From: Pseudomonadota bacterium
GTDB taxonomy: Bacteria > Pseudomonadota > Gammaproteobacteria > Burkholderiales > Burkholderiaceae_C
DNA length: 64,000 bases
Assembly: GCA_041179165.1 (NCBI GenBank)
Contig: JBEGTX010000161.1
Coordinates: 16,014-80,013 of the forward strand
Reading direction: 5' to 3'
Position numbers and translations under genes: made by a program. Below, in pieces: positions 41,437-50,685 of the stretch. The notes under the pieces were generated by a model. The model did not search any database. It had not been told where the DNA came from and saw nothing but the letters and a program-made list of their open reading frames with translations. How positions within the stretch are numbered: position 1 is the first letter of the stretch; every line of letters starts with the position of its first letter.

Positions 41437-42336
41437 TCACGGCGTGAGCTTGTCGCGCATCTCGCGCAGAGCGGCCTGGTAGGTCGCCGGGTCATCGCTG
41501 AACAAGCGGCTGTGGGAGCCTTTCGGGATGGCCACCCAGCGAGTGCCGGCTGGTGCTGCGTCGCGCAGACGTTCACCCAGCACCACGGGCACCGTGTCGT
41601 CGGCCTCGCCGTGAATGATCATCACGGGCGCATCCACCTTGCCGATCTTGTCGACCGAATCGAAATTGTCGGCCGCGAACCATGAAAGGACGCTCCCCCA
41701 GAAACCGATGATGGCCGCCACGTCGGGCCAGCGTGAAAACGTCGACTCGACAATCAGACCGCCGTAGTCGGTCTTTCCTTTTCGGCGGCTGGCCATTTCG
41801 ACCGCCACCCCCCCGCCCATGGAGTGCCCGTAGATGAGCCGCTTGCCAGGCACTGGTTGGCGCTTGACCAACTCGGCCCAGGCCACTTCGGCGTCGGCGT
41901 AGATGGAAGACTCCGACGGGATGATGCGTGTGCTTTCGCCCCAGCCTCTGTAGTCCACTGCCACCACCGAAAAGCCGGCCTCGCGGAAGGCATCGATCTT
42001 GGGCAGGTTGCGGTAAAGGTTGCGGAAGGTCCCGTGCAGGTACAGCACGGTGGGCGCATCGGGGTTGGCATGGGGAAGCCACCAGATCTGGACTTCGTCG
42101 TCAGTGCCTGGCACAGGCACGGCGCGCGTGACGTCGCCGGGACGCAGCCCGACGAAGTCGGCGGGGCGCCCCGGTGTGGGTCGAAATGCCAGTTCGCGCT
42201 GCTTGTTGGTGAACCAGGCGCAACCGCTCAGCGCACTGATGCCGAGCAGCAAGACACAAACTGTTGCGGCGCGCCGAGAGGCCTGACCGGAGCGCACAAA
42301 GAAATTGAGGACAATCTCGCCCATGAAGTTTCCCAT
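41437..42336 (-). CDS. alpha/beta hydrolase, probable lipoprotein
   Basis: Lipobox ISALSGC, LYLHGTF, AVDYRGWGES, nucleophile elbow GHSMGG, and IHGEADDTVP. The start is uncertain among ATG 42336 (AGGA Shine-Dalgarno, 5-nt spacing), ATG 42324 and GTG 42297. Confidence 0.82.
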   Translation of the reverse strand: MGNFMGEIVLNFFVRSGQASRRAATVCVLLLGISALSGCAWFTNKQRELAFRPTPGRPADFVGLRPGDVTRAVPVPGTDDEVQIWWLPHANPDAPTVLYLHGTFRNLYRNLPKIDAFREAGFSVVAVDYRGWGESTRIIPSESSIYADAEVAWAELVKRQPVPGKRLIYGHSMGGGVAVEMASRRKGKTDYGGLIVESTFSRWPDVAAIIGFWGSVLSWFAADNFDSVDKIGKVDAPVMIIHGEADDTVPVVLGERLRDAAPAGTRWVAIPKGSHSRLFSDDPATYQAALREMRDKLTP

Positions 42337-42889
42337 CGTCATCCTGCCGGCCATTGTGGCCTGTGCCACCGCCAACTGCTTCGCGCAGCCCATCGCCGAG
42401 CCCGCCGCGCGCACCGCGGCGCCCGTCTCAGTCTCGGGACCAGCCTCGACCACGCCCAGCGCTGAGCCCGAAGCCTCTTCTGACGGAGGCCACTGGCGGT
42501 TCCTGTTCTCGCCCTACAGCTACCACTACTCACGCAGCGACGAACATCGCCCCGTGTGGATGATCGGTGGCGAACGCCAACGTGCCGACTCCTACGTGCT
42601 CGGTGCCGTCTACTTCAGCAACTCCTTCGGGCAAGACAGCGCATACGCCTATGTCGGCCAGCGCTTTCGCAAGTTCAGCGCCTACGACCAACTCTTCGCC
42701 CAATGGACGGCCGGCATCATGTACGGCTACAAGGGCGAGTATGCCGACAAAGTGCCCTTCAACCACGGCGGGTTCTCCCCCGGCGCCGTGCTCACCCTCG
42801 GCTGGCAATTCACCCCCCGCTACGCCGCCCAAGTGAACGTCCTAGGCAACTCCGCCCTCATGTTCCAGCTCGGCGTCGACCTCCCCTGA
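42323..42889 (+). CDS. small outer-membrane beta-barrel protein, PagP-like (functional assignment tentative)
   Basis: Signal peptide MKFPIVILPAIVACATANCFA/Q and alternating amphipathic strands. The YSYHYS...PVWMIGGE...FSNSFGQDS layout resembles PagP (ITWHARF...PWGGGF...FKDSW). The C-terminus is MFQLGVDLP. Confidence 0.45.
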   Translation: MKFPIVILPAIVACATANCFAQPIAEPAARTAAPVSVSGPASTTPSAEPEASSDGGHWRFLFSPYSYHYSRSDEHRPVWMIGGERQRADSYVLGAVYFSNSFGQDSAYAYVGQRFRKFSAYDQLFAQWTAGIMYGYKGEYADKVPFNHGGFSPGAVLTLGWQFTPRYAAQVNVLGNSALMFQLGVDLP

Positions 42890-42954
42890 CGATCCCTGAC
42901 GTATCAGCTTTGCCCGGGTCGAGCGTGTGCGAGCAAAGCAAACCGATGCTGGGG

Positions 42955-43026
42955 TCTAGAGCGAAGCGCATTGCCCAGAGCCCGCGGATCTGGCTTTGCC
43001 AGGCCGCCAGGCGGGGCCTTGCAGGC
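42955..43026 (-). repeat. dispersed repeat, copy C (inverted relative to A/B; degenerate distal end)
   Basis: tctagagcgaagcgcattgcccagagcccgcggatctggctttgccaggccgccaggcgg... is the reverse complement of the A/B consensus, at an estimated ~85% identity. Confidence 0.8.
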
Positions 43027-43155
43027 CGCGTTGAGCTGAAGCTCAACCCTTCGCCAGGCATGAACAGTCCACTGGACTGTTCAAGTCCGGGCTCAGCCCC
43101 TTGTACGCTTGAACTGAAGCTTACGATGAGGCATGGTGGGTAGCGGGCACAGAAG

Positions 43156-43234
43156 TCTAAAGCGAAGCGCATTGCCCAGAGCCCGCGGATCTGGCTTTGC
43201 CAGGCCGCCAGGCGGACGCCCCTTGGGGGCAGGA
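43156..43234 (-). repeat. dispersed repeat, copy D (full length, 201 bp from copy C)
   Basis: The reverse complement tcctgcccccaaggggcgtccgcctggcggcctggcaaagccagatccgcgggctctgggcaatgcgcttcgctttaga aligns end to end with copy A. Confidence 0.85.
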
Positions 43235-43266
43235 GGGCGGAGCCCGACTGGGGGGCCAACACCACT

Positions 43267-43282
43267 CGGCATGGCGCTTGCT
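43267..43282 (+). promoter_or_regulatory. candidate sigma-54 (-24/-12) promoter upstream of the priming sugar transferase
   Basis: cGGCATGgcgcTTGCt has GG-N10-GC spacing and matches 9 of the 11 fixed positions (excluding the W position) of TGGCACG-N4-TTGCW, 40 nt upstream of ATG 43322. A second weaker match, TGGTAGaccgtCTGCA, lies at 43285-43300. Confidence 0.45.
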
Positions 43283-43321
43283 CTTGGTAGACCGTCTGCA
43301 GTATTTGCGTGTTTGCCAACC

Positions 43322-44716
43322 ATGTTCCAAAGCTCGGGTAATGTTCGGCAATTCATCAACGCGCCACCCACGGTGGCCGGTTTCATCTCGACTTTTCTCG
43401 AACCTGGCATCGCCATCCTCTCTTACGTGGTGGTCAGCCATTTTTACGGGCAAGCGCTTGATCGGGCATCGGTAACTTTGTGCCTTTTGGTTTTTGCGCT
43501 CACGTTTCCCGGGGTGAATCGCTTCTATCAACGGCCGCTCACCGCGGCGAGTGACCTGCTCGGATCCTGGGCGATGCTGCTCGGTATCCTGGGCCTGTGT
43601 GGCTACGCGACCGACAGCTTCCAGTTTTTCGAACGCGAGGTCCTCATCGTGTGGGCCACCACGACGGTGATCCTCTACCTGATCGCCGTGCTCTCCGGCG
43701 GCGCCTGGATCCGCCATTTCAGCGGGCTCGCGCACCGGCGTCGTTCGGCCATCATCGTGGGAGGCGGCCCGCTCTGCCGCAAGTTGACGAGTTCGCTCGG
43801 CCATGGCCGGGGCATCGGCGTGGACGTGCAAGGCTACTTCGACGACCGCAGCCACGAGCGCCTCGAGTCCCCGCCGGGACAAACCCATCTCGGTTCGCTG
43901 TCCCGATTGCGGGAATACGTCATCGCCCACAGCATCAAAGAGGTGTACATCACGCTGCCCATGAGCTCACAGCCCCGCATCGTGCGCCTGCTGGCCGATC
44001 TGCAGGACACCACGGCCTCTCTGTACTTCGTGCCCGATGTGTTCGGCATCAGCATCATCCAGGGGCGGCTGGCCGATGTGAACGGCGTGCCGGTGGTGGG
44101 CCTGCTGGAAACACCGTTCACCGGCTCCAACCGGCTCTTCAAGCGGTTGAGCGACATCGCCCTGTCGAGCCTCATCCTGCTGCTCATCTCGCCCATCCTG
44201 GCGGTCATCTCGGTGGCGGTGAAGCTCACGTCGAGCGGCCCGGTCATCTTCAAACAGCGACGCAACGGCCTCGATGGCGAAGAGATCACCGTCTACAAGT
44301 TTCGCTCGATGCGCACGATGGACGACGGCGCCGTGGTGCGCCAAGCCACTCGGGGCGACCCGCGCATCACACGGCTCGGTGCTTTTTTGCGCAAGACCTC
44401 GCTCGACGAGCTGCCGCAGTTCATCAATGTGCTGCAGGGGCGCATGAGCATCGTCGGCCCACGACCGCACGCGGTGGCCCACAACCAGCAGTTCCGCGGC
44501 ATGATCAAGGCGTACATGGTGCGCCACAAGGTCAAGCCCGGCATCACCGGGTGGGCGCAAGTGAACGGTCACCGTGGTGAAACCGACACCATTGAAAAAA
44601 TGCAGGCCCGGGTCGAATTCGACTTGGAATACCTTCGCAATTGGTCGTTAGGCTTTGACCTCCAGATCATCGCGCGCACCATCAAGCTGGTGCTGCTCGA
44701 CCGCAACGCCTACTGA
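43322..44716 (+). CDS. undecaprenyl-phosphate hexose-1-phosphate transferase (WcaJ/EpsB-type priming enzyme)
   Basis: 464 aa from ATG 43322 with N-terminal TM helices. The C-terminal bacterial sugar transferase domain carries [68 protein letters not shown] and [17 protein letters not shown]. Confidence 0.9.
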   Translation: MFQSSGNVRQFINAPPTVAGFISTFLEPGIAILSYVVVSHFYGQALDRASVTLCLLVFALTFPGVNRFYQRPLTAASDLLGSWAMLLGILGLCGYATDSFQFFEREVLIVWATTTVILYLIAVLSGGAWIRHFSGLAHRRRSAIIVGGGPLCRKLTSSLGHGRGIGVDVQGYFDDRSHERLESPPGQTHLGSLSRLREYVIAHSIKEVYITLPMSSQPRIVRLLADLQDTTASLYFVPDVFGISIIQGRLADVNGVPVVGLLETPFTGSNRLFKRLSDIALSSLILLLISPILAVISVAVKLTSSGPVIFKQRRNGLDGEEITVYKFRSMRTMDDGAVVRQATRGDPRITRLGAFLRKTSLDELPQFINVLQGRMSIVGPRPHAVAHNQQFRGMIKAYMVRHKVKPGITGWAQVNGHRGETDTIEKMQARVEFDLEYLRNWSLGFDLQIIARTIKLVLLDRNAY

Positions 44717-44789
44717 GGCCAGCGCGCACAGAGGCACACCGCCTCGCCATGGAGGCATGCCGCCTCGTTCCACCAGGACCTACCATCCG

Positions 44790-46112
44790 ATGACACGCCC
44801 ACGCCCCTCACCGTCCTTTGGCGCCCACGCGGCCCGTGCCCTGCCGTCGCCCGTCGTGTGCACCCTGGTGCTGGCCCTCGCGGCCGGCTTCGCCCATGCC
44901 GACGAGCCCAACCCGTATTACATCGGGGTGTCGCAGGGGGTGACCGGAGACACCAACGTGGCGCGGGCGGCCGAAGGCCGGCGAATCAGCCGGGACCTCA
45001 TCTCCAGCACCGAGCTCTCGGCCGGGATCGACCAGCCCCTGGGCCGGGGCCGGTTGGCCGCCGACCTGTTGCTCAGCGCCAACCGGTTCAAGAACTTCAG
45101 TCAGTTCAACAACAGCGGTCACGCCATCCGCGCCAACCTGGAGTGGGAAACGCTGTATCGCATTTCGGGTGACCTGTCCGCCTATGACCGCCAAAGCCTG
45201 TACCGCAACGAGCCCGGCTCCAATGCGGTGGCCTCGGGCGTGAACGAACGCGACCTGCTGCGTGCCAGCGGCGCAGGCTTTCGCGCCCGCATGGGCCTGG
45301 TGACCTTGTGGACCCTGGAGGGCGGGTACAACTACGACCGCGCCAGTCATTCGTCGCAGGCCCTCGCCTCCAACGACCTGACCCAGCACAGCGTGAATGC
45401 CGGGGTGCGCCTGCGTCCGAGCAGCCTGTGGAGCGTGCGGCTGGGCGGGCGCAAGACCGACGGTCGATACCCCAACATCGTCGACACGAACGGCGTTCAA
45501 CAGGGCGATGACCTCGAGCGCGACGACATCGACCTCTCGGCCACCTGGATGCCCACCGGCAACAGCCAGCTCGATGCCCGCGTGAGCTCCACCCATCAGA
45601 CCCACAGCCTCCTGCAGCCGAAAGACGCGCGCTTCGTCACGGGCCTCGTGGGCTATGACTGGGCGCCCTCAGGCAAGTCCAAGCTTCGGCTTCAGTGGTC
45701 GCGTGACAGCGCTGTCGGCAGCACCGACCAGAACTTCAACACCGTGACCTCGCTGACCTCGTCATCGAACACCGGCATCAACAACAACGTGCTGTTGCGT
45801 GCCACCTGGGAGGCCACCGCCAAGATCAAGCTTGATGCCGCCTACGCCCACGTGCGCCGCGATCAAGAGGCCGACAACACCGTCGGTGGGGTGATGCTGA
45901 GCACCTCCGAGACAGACGACCGCAGCGACAACATCTCGCTCGGTATCACTTACCAAGCCACGCGCGCAATCGGTCTAGGCTGCCGCCTGGTCCACGACGA
46001 TCGCCGCATCAACAGCACGCTGACGAACGTGGCGACGCAGGCTACCGCCGAAAACACCGATCGATACAAATACAGCACGGGCACCTGCTCTGCACAGATT
46101 CGCTTTCAATGA
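44790..46112 (+). CDS. putative outer-membrane beta-barrel protein of the EPS/PEP-CTERM locus (EpsL-like)
   Basis: Signal peptide ...CTLVLALAAGFAHA/DEP, a long alternating-strand sequence rich in Y/W/R/D, and C-terminal ...CSAQIRFQ. The start is ATG 44790, or ATG 44757. Confidence 0.55.
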   Translation: MTRPRPSPSFGAHAARALPSPVVCTLVLALAAGFAHADEPNPYYIGVSQGVTGDTNVARAAEGRRISRDLISSTELSAGIDQPLGRGRLAADLLLSANRFKNFSQFNNSGHAIRANLEWETLYRISGDLSAYDRQSLYRNEPGSNAVASGVNERDLLRASGAGFRARMGLVTLWTLEGGYNYDRASHSSQALASNDLTQHSVNAGVRLRPSSLWSVRLGGRKTDGRYPNIVDTNGVQQGDDLERDDIDLSATWMPTGNSQLDARVSSTHQTHSLLQPKDARFVTGLVGYDWAPSGKSKLRLQWSRDSAVGSTDQNFNTVTSLTSSSNTGINNNVLLRATWEATAKIKLDAAYAHVRRDQEADNTVGGVMLSTSETDDRSDNISLGITYQATRAIGLGCRLVHDDRRINSTLTNVATQATAENTDRYKYSTGTCSAQIRFQ

Positions 46113-46205
46113 CACCAGAACGGGGATCATTTCCCCAGCCTGGCGCATCACGCCATCCGTGTGTCACGATCAGGTCGCACCACTAAGTGAAAACCCCTGA
46201 TTTTT

Positions 46206-46221
46206 TGGTACGCGAATTGCA
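46206..46221 (+). promoter_or_regulatory. candidate sigma-54 (-24/-12) promoter upstream of a PEP-CTERM gene
   Basis: TGGTACGcgaaTTGCA has exact GG-N10-GC spacing and only one mismatch to TGGCACG-N4-TTGCW. It lies 108 nt upstream of ATG 46329. Confidence 0.55.
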
Positions 46222-46328
46222 TTACGTCCGCGGACTCGTTTGAGTTCGCGTCGCCTGAGCGAGGCGTGGCGGGACGACCCGTCCTGTTGTCCGCAGCGTC
46301 TGGGCACTAATCCAATAAGGAGTAAGAG

Positions 46329-46823
46329 ATGAGAAAAATGTTCAAGGGCATGCTCACAGCAGTAGGTGTGGCAGCAGCGATCGCCAGTGCCCCGGCACAG
46401 GCAGCCAATGTGCCAACCCCGCTCGGCAGCACACTCGATACCTTCTACTTCGGTATCGTGGCTGGCAACGACACCTTCTCTGACTGGAAAGTCGGAACGC
46501 TGAGTCTCGGTGCTGGCTTGTGGGACCTCACCGGCTACTTCGACGCCATTGGCGCCGGACCGCTGTCGGTGTCGCTCGTGGGCGCAACCACGCTGACCGA
46601 CGGCCCTGCCGGCGGTATCAGCTTCAACAGCGTCGCCGGTGGCGACTATGCTGTGCGCATCTCGGGTGATTTCACCTTCCCGACGTTCTTCAACACGAAC
46701 CTCGCACTGTACGGTGGCGGTTTCGACATCAAGTCGGCCGTTCCGGAACCAGAAACCTACGCGCTGTTGCTCGCAGGTCTGCTGGCAGTGGGTTATGTCG
46801 CACGCCGGCGCAAGCCGGACTGA
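46329..46823 (+). CDS. PEP-CTERM sorting-domain protein
   Basis: 164 aa with signal peptide MRKMFKGMLTAVGVAAAIASAPAQA and C-terminal VPEPETYALLLAGLLAVGYVARRRKPD. AAGGAG Shine-Dalgarno at 46317-46322. Confidence 0.88.
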   Translation: MRKMFKGMLTAVGVAAAIASAPAQAANVPTPLGSTLDTFYFGIVAGNDTFSDWKVGTLSLGAGLWDLTGYFDAIGAGPLSVSLVGATTLTDGPAGGISFNSVAGGDYAVRISGDFTFPTFFNTNLALYGGGFDIKSAVPEPETYALLLAGLLAVGYVARRRKPD

Positions 46824-46848
46824 AGTGGCACGCCGGCGCAAGCCGGAC
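46800..46848 (+). repeat. 21-bp direct duplication gcacgccggcgcaagccggac (28-bp period)
   Basis: Copy 1 (46800-46820) encodes the ARRRKPD tail. Copy 2 (46828-46848) lies immediately after the stop codon. Confidence 0.9.
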
Positions 46849-46890
46849 CGAACCTGACTGGCACAGCCTCACGGCGTGCCTCAAGGTCAC

Positions 46891-46916
46891 AAGGCCGACC
46901 CTTCGGGGTCGGCCTT
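46891..46916. terminator. bidirectional terminator-like hairpin between convergent genes
   Basis: Perfect 11-bp stem aaggccgaccc/gggtcggcctt with a ttcg loop, followed by gttacttct on the plus strand. Confidence 0.65.
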
Positions 46917-46958
46917 GTTACTTCTGAACCCCATCGCTTTGCGAGAGGGGGATCAGCC

Positions 46959-48062
46959 TCAAGCCCTTGCGTCGCCCCAGCGGAGTTCGCTGGACTCGTC
47001 GCCAGGGTACGTCGTGTTGCCGTAGCGGTCGACGCAGTACTGGGGCGAGGCGATCAGGTCTTCGAACACGGCACCTTCAGACAGGCGTGTGTAATCGAAC
47101 AGGATGCTGCGCACCAGCTTGCTGTCTTTGCGCAGAACGCAACCGTTGCCCAGCCAGGCCGGGCCCTGGATGGTGGCGCCGTCTTCCACACTCACGCCCG
47201 AACCGATGTAGACCGGCCCGATGATGTTGACCTTGTCCCAGTTGACGCTGGTGTTCAAGCCCACCCAGACGCCAGGGCGGATCTCGGTACCGGGCATGTC
47301 CATCTGGGCCACTTCGCCGCGCAACACGCGCTGGCAGACGTTCCAGTAGTCGGTGACACGGCCGATGTCGATCCAGTTGAAGTAGCGGTTTTGCGCGAAG
47401 AAAGGCAGGCCCTGCTCGGCCATCAGCGGGAACAGCTCGCTGCCGATGTCGAACACCTTTCCTTTCGGCACCAATTCCAGAACCTCAGGTTCAAACAGGT
47501 AAATGCCGGTGCTGGCGAGCGTGGACAAGGCCTTGGCCGGTTCGGGCTTTTCCTGGAAGGAGGTGATGCGGCCTTTGGCATCGGCCACCACGATCCCGTA
47601 GTTGCTGACCTGGTCGCGCGGCACATCGAGGGCCACGACGCTGGCCATCGCCTTGTTGGTGCGGTGCTCGAACACGGCGGCCGAGATGTCCAGGTCGATG
47701 ATGGCGTCGCCGCAGACCACGATGGTCGTGTCGTCGAAGAAGCCGCTGTGGTCTTGAATGCGGCGCATGCCGCCGGCTGACCCCATGGGCTTGGCCACGA
47801 TTTCACCGTGTTCACGGGCGCCCTCGAACGAGTAGCCGATGTTCACGCCCCAGCGATGGCCGTTGCCGAAGTAGTTCTCGATCTTCCAGTGGTAGTGGGC
47901 GACGTTGATCATGATGTCGCGCACGCCATAGCGGGCGAGGTGCTCGATCAGGTACTCGAGCACGGGCTTGCCGAGGATGGGAATCATCGGCTTGGGCAGT
48001 TGTTTGGTGAGCGGTCGAACGCGCGTGCCCTGGCCCGCGGCCAGGATCATTGCTTTTGGCAT
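46959..48062 (-). CDS. sugar-1-phosphate nucleotidyltransferase with C-terminal left-handed beta-helix (GMPP-like)
   Basis: 367 aa. N-terminal MILAAGQGTRVRPLTKQLPKPMIPILGKP (NTP-transferase G-rich loop) and C-terminal hexapeptide-repeat region. Confidence 0.85.
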   Translation of the reverse strand: MPKAMILAAGQGTRVRPLTKQLPKPMIPILGKPVLEYLIEHLARYGVRDIMINVAHYHWKIENYFGNGHRWGVNIGYSFEGAREHGEIVAKPMGSAGGMRRIQDHSGFFDDTTIVVCGDAIIDLDISAAVFEHRTNKAMASVVALDVPRDQVSNYGIVVADAKGRITSFQEKPEPAKALSTLASTGIYLFEPEVLELVPKGKVFDIGSELFPLMAEQGLPFFAQNRYFNWIDIGRVTDYWNVCQRVLRGEVAQMDMPGTEIRPGVWVGLNTSVNWDKVNIIGPVYIGSGVSVEDGATIQGPAWLGNGCVLRKDSKLVRSILFDYTRLSEGAVFEDLIASPQYCVDRYGNTTYPGDESSELRWGDARA

Positions 48063-48104
48063 TTTTCTTGATCTCCTTGAAATGGGTGGGATGCCGCAGC
48101 ACCC

Positions 48105-48647
48105 TCAGGCGAGGTCCGCCAGCAGCGGGGCCACGGCGTCTTTTGCAGACAGCAACGGGGCCACGCCGATGTCCGGCCAGGCAATGTTCAGCGCGGGGTC
48201 GTTCCAGAGAATCGCCCCTTCCGACTGCGGTGCGTAGTAGTCGGTGGTTTTGTAGAGAAAGTCTGCACTGTCGCTGGTGACAAAAAAACCGTGGGCCAGG
48301 CCAGGCGGAATCCAGAGTTGGCGGTGGTTCTCACCACTCAGTTCACACCCGACCCATTGCCCGTAGGTGGGGCTGCCTCGCCGAATGTCGACCGCCACAT
48401 CGAACACCGAGCCCTGCGTGACGCGCACGAGTTTGCCCTGGGCATGGGGACTGCGCTGAAAGTGCAGGCCTCGCAGCACACCTTTGGCCGACCGCGAATG
48501 GTTGTCCTGCACGAAGTGAACCTCATGCCCCACCGCGTCGTTGAAACTCTGCTGGTTGAAACTTTCGAGGAAAAAACCGCGCGCGTCACCGAAGACCTTC
48601 GGTTCGAACACGATCACGTCAGGAATGGCTGTCGGCTTGTATCCCAT
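48105..48647 (-). CDS. rfbC: dTDP-4-dehydrorhamnose 3,5-epimerase
   Basis: 180 aa from ATG 48647 ([30 protein letters not shown]...GVLRGLHFQ...KLVRVTQGSVFDVAVDIR). ATGA overlap with the rfbA stop. Confidence 0.93.
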   Translation of the reverse strand: MGYKPTAIPDVIVFEPKVFGDARGFFLESFNQQSFNDAVGHEVHFVQDNHSRSAKGVLRGLHFQRSPHAQGKLVRVTQGSVFDVAVDIRRGSPTYGQWVGCELSGENHRQLWIPPGLAHGFFVTSDSADFLYKTTDYYAPQSEGAILWNDPALNIAWPDIGVAPLLSAKDAVAPLLADLA

Positions 48648-49528
48648 CAGAACACCTGGCTCTTGATGACCTGCATCAGGTACTGGCCGTAGCCGTTCTT
48701 GAGCATGGGGCGGGCCAGGCTCTCGACCTGTTCTGCGGTGATCCAGCCCGCACGGTAGGCGATTTCTTCGGGACAGGCCACCTTGAGCCCCTGCCGTTTT
48801 TCGAGCGTGGCGATGAACTGCCCGGCTTCGAGAAGGCTGTCGTGGGTGCCGGTGTCGAGCCATGCGTAGCCGCGGCCCATGATCTCGACATTCAGCTGGT
48901 TCTGCCGCAGGTACACCGCGTTCACATCGGTGATCTCGAGCTCACCGCGCGCCGACGGCTTGATGCTGGCCGCGATGTCGCACACCTGCTCATCATAGAA
49001 ATACAAGCCGGTGACGGCATAGTTGCTTTTGGGTGCCTTGGGTTTTTCCTCGATGCTGAGCGCACGTTTGTCGGCATCGAAGGCCACCACGCCGTAGCGC
49101 TCGGGGTCTTGCACGTGGTACGCGAACACCGACGCGCCCTGGGGGCGGTCCACCGCCGACTGCAGCAAACCCTGCAGGTCATGGCCGTAGAAGATGTTGT
49201 CGCCGAGCACCAGTGCGCTGGGGTGGCCGTTGACGAACTCCTTGCCGAGCACGAAGGCCTGGGCCAAGCCGTCGGGACTGGGCTGCACGCAATAACGGAT
49301 GTTCACGCCCCACTTCGCACCATCACCCAGCAGGGCTTCGAAGCGCGGCGTGTCCTGCGGCGTGCTGATGAGCATGATGTCGCGGATGCCCGCCAGCATC
49401 AGCGTGGCCAGCGGGTAGTAGACCATGGGCTTGTCGTACACCGGCAGCAACTGTTTGCTGATGGCGAGCGTGGCCGGATGAAGCCGGGTGCCTGAGCCGC
49501 CCGCCAGAATGATCCCCTTGTGTTCCAT
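48647..49528 (-). CDS. rfbA: glucose-1-phosphate thymidylyltransferase
   Basis: 293 aa from ATG 49528 ([35 protein letters not shown]...). Confidence 0.95.
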   Translation of the reverse strand: MEHKGIILAGGSGTRLHPATLAISKQLLPVYDKPMVYYPLATLMLAGIRDIMLISTPQDTPRFEALLGDGAKWGVNIRYCVQPSPDGLAQAFVLGKEFVNGHPSALVLGDNIFYGHDLQGLLQSAVDRPQGASVFAYHVQDPERYGVVAFDADKRALSIEEKPKAPKSNYAVTGLYFYDEQVCDIAASIKPSARGELEITDVNAVYLRQNQLNVEIMGRGYAWLDTGTHDSLLEAGQFIATLEKRQGLKVACPEEIAYRAGWITAEQVESLARPMLKNGYGQYLMQVIKSQVF

Positions 49529-49578
49529 GCTGTTCTCTCTCGTGAGTGTCTGGGTTCGATGGTGGATGCGCGGCGCCA

Positions 49579-50661
49579 TCAGGCCGCAGCAGTTTCAGCG
49601 CTGCGGTCGGTGTAATTCTGCTGCAGCCAGTCGCGGTAGCTCCCGCTTTGCACGGCAGCCACCCAGTCCGCATGGTCGAGGTACCACTGCACGGTCTTGC
49701 GGATGCCGGTCTCGAAGGTCTCGGCGGGCTTCCAGCCGAGTTCCCGTTCGAGCTTGCGGGCGTCGATCGCATAGCGCCGGTCGTGGCCCGGGCGGTCGGT
49801 CACATAGGTGATGAGCCGGGCGTAGCTGCCGGCCGCATCGGGGCGCAACTCGTCGAGCAGCGCACACACGGTGTGCACGATGTCGAGGTTGGGCTTTTCG
49901 TTCCAGCCGCCCACGTTGTAGGTTTCGCCCAGGCGGCCCCGCGCCAGCACCTCGCGAATGGCCGCGCAGTGGTCTTTCACGTACAACCAGTCGCGGATCT
50001 GCTGGCCGTCGCCGTACACCGGCAGCGGCTTGCCGGCCAATGCGTTGACGATCATCAGCGGGATCAGCTTCTCGGGGAAGTGGTAAGGCCCGTAGTTGTT
50101 GCTGCAGTTCGTGGTGACGACCGGGAAACCGTAGGTGTGGAACCAGGCGCGCACCAGGTGATCGCTCGCGGCCTTGCTGGCCGAGTACGGGCTGTTGGGC
50201 TCGAACGGGTGGGTCTCGGTGAAGGCCGGATCAGTGGGGCCGAGCGAGCCATACACCTCGTCGGTGCTCACGTGGTGGAACCGGAAGCCTGCCTTGGCGT
50301 CGGGCGCGAGCCCGCTCCAATAAGCGCGCGAGGCCTCGAGCAGCGTGAACGTGCCGTTGACGTTGGTGCGCACGAAGTCGCCCGGGCCGTGGATGCTGCG
50401 GTCGACGTGACTCTCGGCCGCGAAGTGCACCACCGCGCGCGGCTGGTGGTCTGCGAGCAGTTTGTCGACGAGCACGCGGTCGTTGATGTCGCCGTGCACG
50501 AACACGTGACGCGTGTCGCCCTGCAGCGAAGCCAGGTTGGCCAGGTTGCCGGCGTAGGTCAGCGCGTCCAGGCTGACCACGGGCTCCCCGACTTCGGACA
50601 TCCAGTCCAGGACAAAGTTGCTGCCAATGAATCCGGCGGCGCCGGTCACAAGAATGGTCAT
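49579..50661 (-). CDS. rfbB: dTDP-glucose 4,6-dehydratase
   Basis: 360 aa with [16 protein letters not shown] (Rossmann) and the YSASK catalytic motif ([13 protein letters not shown]). Confidence 0.95.
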   Translation of the reverse strand: MTILVTGAAGFIGSNFVLDWMSEVGEPVVSLDALTYAGNLANLASLQGDTRHVFVHGDINDRVLVDKLLADHQPRAVVHFAAESHVDRSIHGPGDFVRTNVNGTFTLLEASRAYWSGLAPDAKAGFRFHHVSTDEVYGSLGPTDPAFTETHPFEPNSPYSASKAASDHLVRAWFHTYGFPVVTTNCSNNYGPYHFPEKLIPLMIVNALAGKPLPVYGDGQQIRDWLYVKDHCAAIREVLARGRLGETYNVGGWNEKPNLDIVHTVCALLDELRPDAAGSYARLITYVTDRPGHDRRYAIDARKLERELGWKPAETFETGIRKTVQWYLDHADWVAAVQSGSYRDWLQQNYTDRSAETAAA

Positions 50662-50685
50662 GGAATGCCTCTCAAATTTGTACCG

